From Candidatus Shapirobacteria bacterium (GTDB lineage Bacteria > Patescibacteriota > Microgenomatia > UBA12405), in the NCBI GenBank assembly GCA_037142555.1, contig JBAXAJ010000005.1:1-45519 (forward strand): a stretch of 45,519 nucleotides of DNA. The letters run 5' to 3'. This document shows positions 34,621-42,962 of this stretch, in pieces. Position 1 is the first letter of the stretch, and every line of letters begins with the position of its first letter. The notes under the pieces are model-generated. The model was not told where the DNA came from, searched no databases, and saw only the letters and a list, made by a program, of their open reading frames with translations. Made by a program: the position numbers and the translations under genes.

Positions 34621-36001
34621 TTTTATTTAAAATAATTAATTGATAATAAATTCCCATCATTATCCAAAAAAGATAGGCAGTTTTTGAGGCTTCAAAAACA
34701 TCTATAAAAACAGCGTTAGCTAGAGTGGTCAAAAGACAACCCAAGAATATTATAGATGTTAGATCGTAGATATTTTTTTGTTTTTTTAATATGGATGGAA
34801 TGGTTTTGATTATGAAAAATGAGATTATAGACATGAAAGAAATGAAACCTAAGAGGCCGCTTTCACCAAGTGATCTTAAGTAATCGTTATCGGTGGCTAA
34901 AGTTAGAGATCCTAGACCAGTTCCTAGAATCATATTTTTTTGAAAGGCGGTTATTGCTCGAGGCCATTCAACATTAAAACGGATTTCACCTGACCTAGCG
35001 ACACCAACATCAGCATCAACAGGAATTTGTTGTTCTGGAAGAGAATGTCTGGTCACAGGTGTTGGTAAGACTCCAATTGGAGTTGGGATAATTTTAGATA
35101 TTGGAGTTAGAGTTGGAGTTGGAGTTGGGTTATTTGGATTTTTGTTAAGATTAACTTGAGTTTTAAAAGCAGGAATGGTGGCTAATAATCTTTGATTTAA
35201 ATCTTTAGAATTAAAAATACTAAAAACTACTAATAAAGAGACAGGGATTATCCACAAGTATTTTTTTAAGAAAAATAAGGCAATAGAAATTCCACCCCAA
35301 AAGGCAAAAATGGAAACACGAGAAGCAGTTAGAGTTAATATTTGAAAAGAAGCTATCCATATAATTAAACCAGCAATTTTTAAATAAATATTTTTAGTCA
35401 AGATTGTGACAACACCAATAATAATTAATACGACACTTAAATAAGCAGCTAAATCGTAGTGACCAGCAAAAGTTGAACTAACTCGAGTCCAAACATCTAA
35501 TTTTAATAGTTGACCTTTGGAAAACTCTGAATTCATGGTGGAAATTATTGGTAGGTGAAAATATTTTTGACCATAACCATAGATGTCCACTAAAGCAGTA
35601 GAAATTAATAAAAATACATATGGAAAATATAAATCTTTAATTGATTTGATAGCGCTAATAGCGATAAAAAATAGAGACATATATTCAAAACGACGAAGCA
35701 TATGAAGAATAAGAATATTTCTTGGTTCTGTTTGATAAATAAGGATGGCATTAATAGTGGTAGCAATGATTGCTAAAAAGTAGACTAGAAAAAGACGACT
35801 AATTTTTATTTTAGTGAAAGGGAATCTTTTCCATAATTGATATATACCAAAAATGAGTATAGTTATGGCAATAACGATGTCATCTATTCTGATAGCTACA
35901 TAAGTTCCAGCAACATTAGTTAGAGGAAATTTAGGATAAAGAGGAATGAAAACAATTAAAATGGCAATTATTGATTTAAAAATATTTATATTCTTGAACA
36001 T
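34610..36001 (-). CDS. O-antigen polymerase/ligase (Wzy_C)-like polytopic membrane protein with a Pro/Thr-rich loop
   Basis: At least 10 TM helices. LTLTASRVSIFAF segment. NPNNPTPTPTLTP...PTPV linker followed by a large loop. Confidence 0.5.
   Translation of the reverse strand: MFKNINIFKSIIAILIVFIPLYPKFPLTNVAGTYVAIRIDDIVIAITILIFGIYQLWKRFPFTKIKISRLFLVYFLAIIATTINAILIYQTEPRNILILHMLRRFEYMSLFFIAISAIKSIKDLYFPYVFLLISTALVDIYGYGQKYFHLPIISTMNSEFSKGQLLKLDVWTRVSSTFAGHYDLAAYLSVVLIIIGVVTILTKNIYLKIAGLIIWIASFQILTLTASRVSIFAFWGGISIALFFLKKYLWIIPVSLLVVFSIFNSKDLNQRLLATIPAFKTQVNLNKNPNNPTPTPTLTPISKIIPTPIGVLPTPVTRHSLPEQQIPVDADVGVARSGEIRFNVEWPRAITAFQKNMILGTGLGSLTLATDNDYLRSLGESGLLGFISFMSIISFFIIKTIPSILKKQKNIYDLTSIIFLGCLLTTLANAVFIDVFEASKTAYLFWIMMGIYYQLIILNKNEK
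34755..34772. repeat. Copy 1 of the recurrent motif gatgttagatcgtagata
   Basis: Exact 16-mer tgttagatcgtagata shared with 38503-38518 and 38597-38612. Lies inside the Wzy-like CDS and is read as IYDLT. Confidence 0.85.
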
Positions 36002-36912
36002 GCTTGGAAGTAAATTGATGATGTATTTTTTTGTCCTAAAATAAAATAAAGTGTGCCTCTGAGTATAGCATTCGCTTTCATTAAAAATTTGACTATTCGG
36101 TATTGATTTTTGCTTTTATGTTTTTTAAAAAATGACAAAATTCCTAGATACTCATTAATGATTGGATCAATTCTATTAATAGCAGAAGCACCACCAAGAT
36201 GGATAATCTGAGGTCCGACTAGATAGTGGACTTGATAGCCTGGGTTAGTTTTTTTGATTCGATAGGACAGTTCAACTTCCTCTCCATACATAAAATAGTT
36301 TTCATCAAAACCACCAGTTTTGTCTAGACAAGGTCGTCTGATTAACATGAAAGCACCAGTTACCCAATCTTGTTGGTGATCATAGAGATAAAAATTGTCA
36401 TGAGTGTAAAAATTTGGAGTGTGAGGATGAATGGCTTTAATAAATTTATTTACAAAAGGCAAATCATCAAGCCCAAAACACCAAGTGAAAGTGTTTAAAA
36501 GATTTGGGAAATAACCACCGGAAGCTTGGATAGTTTTATCTTTATTTAATAGTTGAGCGGTGCAAGTTGAAGCTTCTGGGTGTGAAGATAACCAATTAAG
36601 ACTTTGGCTGATGGCTGAATGAAGAATTATAGTGTCTGAATTTAAAAATAAAATATAATTTCCTTTTGCGATTTTTAGACCTTGATTGTTTGCTTTTCCA
36701 AAACCCGAATTTTCTTTATTTTCAATTAAATTAATATATTTAAGTTTTTTTAATTCTTTTACAGAGTTATCTTTAGAATCATTATCAATAACAATAATTT
36801 CAAAAGGAATTTCTTTAAGACCTTTGTCTTGGTAAATTGATTTAATGCAATCGACAGTGAGTTTTTCAGTGTTGAAAGAAATAATAATAATAGAAAGGAT
36901 TGGATTTATCAT
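35986..36912 (-). CDS. GT2-family glycosyltransferase
   Basis: LSIIIISFNT...VIDNDSKDNS...GFGKANN...FLNSD. Confidence 0.7.
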   Translation of the reverse strand: MINPILSIIIISFNTEKLTVDCIKSIYQDKGLKEIPFEIIVIDNDSKDNSVKELKKLKYINLIENKENSGFGKANNQGLKIAKGNYILFLNSDTIILHSAISQSLNWLSSHPEASTCTAQLLNKDKTIQASGGYFPNLLNTFTWCFGLDDLPFVNKFIKAIHPHTPNFYTHDNFYLYDHQQDWVTGAFMLIRRPCLDKTGGFDENYFMYGEEVELSYRIKKTNPGYQVHYLVGPQIIHLGGASAINRIDPIINEYLGILSFFKKHKSKNQYRIVKFLMKANAILRGTLYFILGQKNTSSIYFQACSRI

Positions 36913-37445
36913 TTTTTCTTTTTTAAAAATGATTTGTAAGCATAAAAAGCAAAAATAATGACTGATTCAGTGAAAAAGAAAGAAATTAATCTATTTGGGA
37001 TAGAAGTTGGGAATGTTCTTATGGTTATTCTGCTTTTATAATCTGTTCCTTTATAGTTAATAGCAGCTCTTTTTTCAGGTTTAGTGAAAACATCATTTTC
37101 CCATTCGAAACCATTAATATATAAAGATTCTTTAAATGGAAAAGAAATTTCTTCTAAATAATATGTTTCCATATTAACTCTGAAAAGAGTTTTAGCTTTT
37201 TCTGGTGGATAATTTGAAATTGTTTTAAACAGTCCATTGTAATTTTTTTTATAAAAATCCATGACTTGGGCTCTGCTCATGTTAGTGAAATAACCAGAAA
37301 CATTAGGAATTTCAGTTGTGTCTTCACTTTTATCAGATTTGACACTGTTAATTAAATCAGGGATTTTTGGAGTTGGGCTTATTAAATAAAGAACGGCTAA
37401 TATATTGAAAATGACTAGTAGGACTATTAATATTTTATTTTTCAT
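36909..37445 (-). CDS. Hypothetical membrane-anchored protein
   Basis: Start taken at MKNKILIVLLV (37445), abutting the upstream stop. N- and C-terminal hydrophobic segments. No motif recognised. Confidence 0.45.
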   Translation of the reverse strand: MKNKILIVLLVIFNILAVLYLISPTPKIPDLINSVKSDKSEDTTEIPNVSGYFTNMSRAQVMDFYKKNYNGLFKTISNYPPEKAKTLFRVNMETYYLEEISFPFKESLYINGFEWENDVFTKPEKRAAINYKGTDYKSRITIRTFPTSIPNRLISFFFTESVIIFAFYAYKSFLKKKK

Positions 37446-37446
37446 A

Positions 37447-38043
37447 TTATTGAAAAAGCATTGGTCGACCAAGAAGATAATTTGGGTTGTCAATTTTTCG
37501 ATCACTAATTTTTTTAGCAGGAACACCGCCCCAAATTTCAAATTCTGGAATGTCTTTGGTCACTACAGCACCAGCAGCAACAACTGCACCTTTGCCAATT
37601 TTAATATTAGGAAGAATTATGGCTCGAGGGCCGATGAAAACGTAATCCCCTATTTCGACTGGTCCAAAAGAGTTGCCATAGTCTTCTGAATTAATGTCAT
37701 GTTCGTCATTGTAGATTAAAACTTGGCTAGCAATTCCAACATGGTTACCAATGGTTAATTTGTCTCGACCATCAAGAAAACAATGATCACCAATTATAGT
37801 GTCTTTACCAATTGTGATGTTTTCAGGATTAAAAAAATTAGCACCAATATGAATGGTGGAATTAAAAAAAGGCATGTTTACTCCGGAAATAATGTAGAAA
37901 AATTTTCTGACTGAATGGAGTGGGATGTAACCGACAAATCTTAGAACCATTAACCAAAATTCAAGACAGATGGTTTTAAGACGAATAATTGTTTTTTGAG
38001 AAATTTCTTGATTGGATAAGTTTTTACCTTCACGATTTTTCAT
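37447..38043 (-). CDS. Hexapeptide-repeat (LbH) acetyltransferase
   Basis: Repeated [LIV]G-x4 hexapeptides (ITIGKDTIIGDHCFL, IGNHVGIASQVLI, IGDYVFIGPRAIILPNIKIGKGAVVAAGAVV). Confidence 0.75.
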   Translation of the reverse strand: MKNREGKNLSNQEISQKTIIRLKTICLEFWLMVLRFVGYIPLHSVRKFFYIISGVNMPFFNSTIHIGANFFNPENITIGKDTIIGDHCFLDGRDKLTIGNHVGIASQVLIYNDEHDINSEDYGNSFGPVEIGDYVFIGPRAIILPNIKIGKGAVVAAGAVVTKDIPEFEIWGGVPAKKISDRKIDNPNYLLGRPMLFQ

Positions 38044-38050
38044 AGATTAA

Positions 38051-39166
38051 TTATATATTATTAAAGACTTTTATGACTGACTTGGCAGTGTTTTGCCAAC
38101 TAAATAAATCACTTCTAGTTTTGGCTTTGTCAGTTATATTTTTAATTTCTTTTGGATTTAATTTTTCTAGTTTAATAATTTGATCAACTAGTTCTTGTTG
38201 GTTAGTTGGTTCAAAATAAAAAGCATTATCTTCCATGACTTCTTTTAGAGGGGCAATGTTGCTTGAAATTACGGGTGTATTTGATTTCATGGCTTCGATG
38301 ACTGGGATTCCGAAACCTTCATAAATGCTTGGCATAATTAAAGCTTTGGCATTTTGATAGAGAGTCCATTTTTGAGATTCGTCAATAAAGTCAGTAAAAA
38401 TTACATTTGGTTCAATCCCCTCTTTTTTGACTGTTTCAAAAATTTCATCAAATAACCAACCTTTTTTGCCAGCAATAACAAGAGTAGATGTTAGATCGTC
38501 GATGTTAGATCGTAGATACTGAGCGAATGATTTAATTAAAAATGGAATATTTTTGTTTGGTTTTAAAGTTCCTAAATAGAGGTAATAGGTTTTAGGTGTT
38601 AGATCGTAGATATCTAAGATTTTTTGTTGGGTTTTAGAATCAATTTTTGGCGGGTTATCGACACCGTTATAAGCAATAGTTATTTTTTTAGGATCAATTT
38701 TGTAGATTCTTTCAATTTCAGTCTTAGAAAAATTAGAAACAGTAACTATATGATTAGCTTTTTTGATTGAAGTTTCCGTCCAGTTAATTAATTGATAGAG
38801 ATCTTTTTTATTAAATTGATCTTGAAATTCGAGGTAGCCAAGGTCATGGACGGTTGGAATAGTTGGACATGGAGCAAATTGAGGAGAATAGTGGCTTGGA
38901 GAATAAAAAAGATTTAATTTTTCTTTTTGAGTGAAAAGTTTAATTGGAAGTGCAAATTTTGTCCAAAGTTTTTGAGGGCCAAAAACTCGATATTGCCAGT
39001 TTGGATTTTCTTTTGGGAAATCGGCTGCAGGTGGATTCTTAAGATAAATAATATATTGATTTTTTTTATCTAGAGAATAAATGTTTTTTAAAAGGTTGAA
39101 AGCATATTGACCGACTCCGACTCTATTTTTGATGTTGGCTTCATTGCCATCAATTCCAATTATCAT
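38051..39166 (-). CDS. GT4-family glycosyltransferase
   Basis: YEGFGIPVIEAMKSNTPVISS. Paralogous in layout to the next gene. Confidence 0.7.
   Translation of the reverse strand: MIIGIDGNEANIKNRVGVGQYAFNLLKNIYSLDKKNQYIIYLKNPPAADFPKENPNWQYRVFGPQKLWTKFALPIKLFTQKEKLNLFYSPSHYSPQFAPCPTIPTVHDLGYLEFQDQFNKKDLYQLINWTETSIKKANHIVTVSNFSKTEIERIYKIDPKKITIAYNGVDNPPKIDSKTQQKILDIYDLTPKTYYLYLGTLKPNKNIPFLIKSFAQYLRSNIDDLTSTLVIAGKKGWLFDEIFETVKKEGIEPNVIFTDFIDESQKWTLYQNAKALIMPSIYEGFGIPVIEAMKSNTPVISSNIAPLKEVMEDNAFYFEPTNQQELVDQIIKLEKLNPKEIKNITDKAKTRSDLFSWQNTAKSVIKVFNNI
38487..38518. repeat. Copies 2a/2b of the recurrent motif, arranged as a 14-bp tandem (gatgttagatcgtc / gatgttagatcgtagata)
   Basis: Direct reading. 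Inside a GT4 CDS, where the full copy (2b, 38501-38518) is read as YLRSN and the variant copy (2a) as IDDLT. Confidence 0.85.
38595..38612. repeat. Copy 3 of the recurrent motif (ggtgttagatcgtagata)
   Basis: Exact 16-mer match. Same GT4 CDS, read as IYDLT. Confidence 0.85.
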
Positions 39167-39169
39167 GAT

Positions 39170-40306
39170 TTATTTTATCAAGTTATAAATGGCTAGAGTT
39201 TCTTTAGCGGTTTTTTGCCAACTAAAATCTTTGGAATGAATAATTCCAATTTTTGAAAGTTTATCGCGAAGATCTTTTGATTTAATAATTTTTCCGATGG
39301 CTTCACTTATATCTTGAGGTGATTTTGGATCAACTAAAAGAGCTGAATTGGCGGCTATTTCTGGAAGACAAGAAGTGTTGCTGGTAATGATTGGAGTGCT
39401 AACAGACATAGATTTGACTAGAGGCAGACCAAAGCCTTCATATAGAGATGGATATAGGAGACAAAGGGCGGCGGCGTGAATTGCGACCATGTCTTGTTCA
39501 GGAATGAAACCTAAAACTTTAATATTTTTGTTTTTAACACTAACATCGTCTCCCCAACCATATTTGCCAGTTATTGCTAGCTGAGTTTCGTCGTTAGGTT
39601 TTTTTTCTTGGAATAAATTAAAAGCTTTAATAATATTTTCAATGTTTTTTCGAGGTTCTCTGGTTCCTTGGACTAGAATAAAATCATTTAATTTATATCT
39701 TTTTTTAATGTCATCTTTTTGTTGTTCTTGAATAGTTTTTGATAATTCTAAGAATTGAGAATATTTTTCTTCAGCGGCTTCATAAACAACTTCAATTTTT
39801 TGAGGATTAATGTTTGGGAATAATTTTAATAAATCAGATTTAGTGTTTTGGGAAACACAAATGAAAGTGCTGCATTCTTTGGCTGCCCAATACATTTTGT
39901 TGGCGTGAGCTTTAATTACTTTTGGAGAATGCCAAGCTGGGTTAATGAAAGGAATTAAATCATGAACAGTAGTTATTGTTTTAGCTTTTGAGGTTGGAGC
40001 TTGAGTCCAATCTGAGGTGTGGAATAGATCGCATTTGCCGATGAAGAATTCAATTGGAATGATGTGAAGTTGATTCCAAAGAATCTGGAGAAGAGTTGGA
40101 GGAATTTTAAATTGATAGACCTCTATATTAGAGTATTGTTTTTTTAATTCAGCTATTTCGGTTGGAAGTGGGAGTCTTAGTGATGAATAAAAAAGTTTGT
40201 AAGTGTTAGTTTTGTCGATTTTAAGTAGATTTCTGACTAGATTTAGAGTGTAATCACTGACGCCAGTTTTGTAGGGAATGGAAGAAATATCAATGGCGAT
40301 AATCAT
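39170..40306 (-). CDS. GT4-family glycosyltransferase
   Basis: YEGFGLPLVKSMSVSTPIITS. GT-B layout. Confidence 0.7.
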   Translation of the reverse strand: MIIAIDISSIPYKTGVSDYTLNLVRNLLKIDKTNTYKLFYSSLRLPLPTEIAELKKQYSNIEVYQFKIPPTLLQILWNQLHIIPIEFFIGKCDLFHTSDWTQAPTSKAKTITTVHDLIPFINPAWHSPKVIKAHANKMYWAAKECSTFICVSQNTKSDLLKLFPNINPQKIEVVYEAAEEKYSQFLELSKTIQEQQKDDIKKRYKLNDFILVQGTREPRKNIENIIKAFNLFQEKKPNDETQLAITGKYGWGDDVSVKNKNIKVLGFIPEQDMVAIHAAALCLLYPSLYEGFGLPLVKSMSVSTPIITSNTSCLPEIAANSALLVDPKSPQDISEAIGKIIKSKDLRDKLSKIGIIHSKDFSWQKTAKETLAIYNLIK

Positions 40307-41271
40307 ATAGATAGTTTAGCAAGTTTTTGAATTTGTTTTCGTTTTCTTAATGTTTTTGGGATTTTAACTAAAATTTCTATTAATGTTTTTAGGAAGTCAA
40401 AAGGGAAAATAATTAAAGCTTTAATTTTATAAATTTTAATTGTTTCTCTTAAAAAATATGAAAGGTTACGGATCCTTTCTATAAAAATTTCTAAAAAATT
40501 ATCTAATATCTCTTTTGAAGAATAATTTTTAATAATTACAAAAAACCAATTTCTGAAAGATAATCTACTTCTGATATTTCTCATTTTGTTGCTTGTTCCC
40601 CCACCAAGATGATAGGAAATGGCACTAGGAATATAAAGAGTTTTGTAATTTAAATTATGGAGACGGAGGGCTAAATCGACATCTTCTTCATAAGCAAAAA
40701 AATCTTCATCAAAGAGACCAATTCTATTGAGTATGTCTTTATTGTAGATAACTAGAGCGGCGGAAGCGCCCCAGACAGATATATTAGATTTCAGGTCGTA
40801 AATTGTAGATTTGTTAAAAGTTTTTCCATTGGAGATGTTTTGGGCTTTGCCGGAATAGAAAAATTCGAGACCTTGTGACTCAAACTTGGTGCCGTCTTTA
40901 ATTAAAACTGTCCCAAAAAAAGTGGCAACTTTTGGATCTTTATTTTCTTTTATGATTGGAACAACTTTTTCAAACCAATTTTTTTCAAAAGTTAAATCAT
41001 TATTTAATAAAATCACCCATTCATATTTAGCTTTTCTGATTCCTTGATTTACAGCACCAGCGAAACCAAAATTTTTTGAATTTTGGATAATTTTTATTTT
41101 TTTAAATATTTCTTTAGATATTTCGATACTATTATCTTTAGAATTGTTATCAACCAAAATTATCTCAAAATTAACGTTTTTTACTTCTTTAATAGAGTTG
41201 ATTAATGAGTTTAGACAATCTGAAATAAATAAGGCACCGTTGTAGTTTGGGATTACTACCGAGAAATTCAT
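40303..41271 (-). CDS. GT2-family glycosyltransferase
   Basis: FSVVIPNYNG...LVDNNSKDNS...GFAGAVNQG...LLNND. Confidence 0.7.
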   Translation of the reverse strand: MNFSVVIPNYNGALFISDCLNSLINSIKEVKNVNFEIILVDNNSKDNSIEISKEIFKKIKIIQNSKNFGFAGAVNQGIRKAKYEWVILLNNDLTFEKNWFEKVVPIIKENKDPKVATFFGTVLIKDGTKFESQGLEFFYSGKAQNISNGKTFNKSTIYDLKSNISVWGASAALVIYNKDILNRIGLFDEDFFAYEEDVDLALRLHNLNYKTLYIPSAISYHLGGGTSNKMRNIRSRLSFRNWFFVIIKNYSSKEILDNFLEIFIERIRNLSYFLRETIKIYKIKALIIFPFDFLKTLIEILVKIPKTLRKRKQIQKLAKLSI

Positions 41272-41723
41272 AGTGGGTTTGGTAGTTGGATTATATCGCC
41301 GATTTTTAGATTTAATTTTTGAGAATCGTTAATATTTAATTCAAGGACATAGAGAGCTGGAGTTTCGTTTTGATAGATTTTTTGAGAATTATTAGTTTCA
41401 GTCACATTTTTGATGTCAACGACTTTTCCATTTTTATCAAGCCAAATCATGTCAAGAGGAATCATGGTGTCTTTCATCCAAAAAGGCAGTTTAGTCTCAA
41501 ATCCAAAGACAAAAAGCATTCCACAATTTGAACAAAGTTTTTCTCTTTTTGATAGACCTTTAATTTTTTGAGAAGTTGTTTTGGCTAGTTCAACTTTATA
41601 GTTTGTTTCATTAATTTTAATGTTAATGAAATTAGAGGTTGGCATGTAGAAGAACAGGCGCCAAATGAGAACAATGAAGATTATCAAAGGGAAAACTATG
41701 ATTAAGATAATATTTTTTGGCAT
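41268..41723 (-). CDS. DUF192-family protein with an N-terminal TM/signal anchor
   Basis: GLSKREKL...GMLFVF......FWMKDTMIPLDMIWLD..GKVV fits the DUF192 pattern. Confidence 0.6.
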   Translation of the reverse strand: MPKNIILIIVFPLIIFIVLIWRLFFYMPTSNFINIKINETNYKVELAKTTSQKIKGLSKREKLCSNCGMLFVFGFETKLPFWMKDTMIPLDMIWLDKNGKVVDIKNVTETNNSQKIYQNETPALYVLELNINDSQKLNLKIGDIIQLPNPL

Positions 41724-42919
41724 ATTTTTTCTCCTACTCTATTCCAAGTATAGTTATTTTTAACATAATTAAAAGCACTTTGACCCATTTGCTCTGTTTT
41801 TTTAGGGTTCTTAATAAGATATTCAATTTTTTTAGTTAAGTCTTGTTGATTATCAGTTTTGAATGTCAAGCCTCCTTTTGATTTATTAACTAATTCTTGT
41901 AGAGCTGGAATGTCGCTGGTTATGACGGCTTTTTTTCTGGCCCAGGCTTCAATTAAGACTAGACCAAAACTTTCTTGAACTGATGGTAGAACTAGAAAAG
42001 TGCAATTGTCGATTAATTTAACTAAATCTTTTTGAGCAAAAGAAAAATTAAATTTTATTTTTGATCTAATTTTTGGATCAAGTGATTTAACTAATTTTTC
42101 AATTTGAGGATAGAAGAGAGTTTTTTGACCAGCAATAGTTAAATCCACCCCTAACCCCTCCTTTGACGAAAGGAGGGGAATATTTTTTTGGATATCAGAG
42201 AATGATTTGATTAGAAGATCAACACGTTTGTGGGAAGATAGAGAGCCGATGAAGAGTATATTAAATCCACCCCTTAATCCCCTCCTTTGACTTAAAGGAG
42301 GGGAAATTAGAAAATCTTGGTCGATGCCGTTGCCGGCGAGGATGATTTTATTTGAACTAACTTTTAATTCTTTTTCGAAATAACTTTTTTCATATTCAGT
42401 TAAAACCCAGAGGTAATCTGCCTTTTTTAAGGCATTAATTAGAGGTTTTTGGTGAAAATCGGAATCTGTTTGATGGAAAGAAGAATTGATGAGTAATTTT
42501 GCTTTGGTTATTTTTTTAAAAAATTGGGCATAAAGAATTATGGTGGTTGGGAGTGGTCCGGCGATGATTAAATCTGGTTTAAATTTTATGATTTGAATGG
42601 TGGCTTTTAAAAAAGGAATAAATTTAAAGATTGGGCCTTTTTGGAGAACTTTTAATAAATCTTGATTTATAAATAGATTTAGAAGTTTTAGAGGTTTCCT
42701 TAATAATGTATAGACAGAGAGTTTGATGAAACCCTTCCTAAATCCTTCCCTTGACAGGGCAGGATTTTTTTTGACGAAGTCGTCGGTGCTGGAACAGTCG
42801 GAACTTAGATAGAGAGTTTGGTGTTTTTGTGATTCAAAATATTGGCCGAGTTTGTAGATAACTTTTGAGCCGCCATCGATGGCGGGAGGGAAAATATGAC
42901 TTAATAAAAGTATTTTCAT
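41702..42919 (-). CDS. GT4-family glycosyltransferase carrying three in-frame palindromic insertions
   Basis: MKILLLSHIFPPAIDGG, FNILFIGSLSSHKRVDLL, QESFGLVLIEAWARKKAVITS. GC-rich hairpin elements encode PALSREGFRKG, PPLSQRRGLRGG and PLLSSKEGLGV. Confidence 0.75.
   Translation of the reverse strand: MKILLLSHIFPPAIDGGSKVIYKLGQYFESQKHQTLYLSSDCSSTDDFVKKNPALSREGFRKGFIKLSVYTLLRKPLKLLNLFINQDLLKVLQKGPIFKFIPFLKATIQIIKFKPDLIIAGPLPTTIILYAQFFKKITKAKLLINSSFHQTDSDFHQKPLINALKKADYLWVLTEYEKSYFEKELKVSSNKIILAGNGIDQDFLISPPLSQRRGLRGGFNILFIGSLSSHKRVDLLIKSFSDIQKNIPLLSSKEGLGVDLTIAGQKTLFYPQIEKLVKSLDPKIRSKIKFNFSFAQKDLVKLIDNCTFLVLPSVQESFGLVLIEAWARKKAVITSDIPALQELVNKSKGGLTFKTDNQQDLTKKIEYLIKNPKKTEQMGQSAFNYVKNNYTWNRVGEKICQKILS
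42144..42178. repeat. GC-rich palindromic element E1
   Basis: tccacccctaa + cccctccttt-gacg-aaaggagggg (perfect 10-bp stem at 42155-42164/42169-42178), followed by aataTTTTTTT on the + strand. Confidence 0.9.
42266..42303. repeat. GC-rich palindromic element E2
   Basis: tccaccccttaat + cccctccttt-gactt-aaaggagggg (perfect 10-bp stem at 42279-42288/42294-42303). About 90% identical to E1. Confidence 0.9.
42731..42767. repeat. GC-rich palindromic element E3 (diverged family member)
   Basis: acccttcct + aaatccttccct-tgac-agggcaggattt (12-bp stem with one mismatch), whose 3' arm runs into a T8 tract (42765-42772) on the + strand. Confidence 0.8.
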
Positions 42920-42962
42920 TGATTAGTCTAATTATAGTTCATGTTATCCTAATAATTAGTTT

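Noticed and set aside
35051-35150. ggagtt-type hexamer micro-repeats
   Set aside because: They encode the Pro/Thr-rich linker (NPNNPTPTPTLTP...PTPV) of the Wzy-like protein. This is coding low complexity rather than a separate DNA element.
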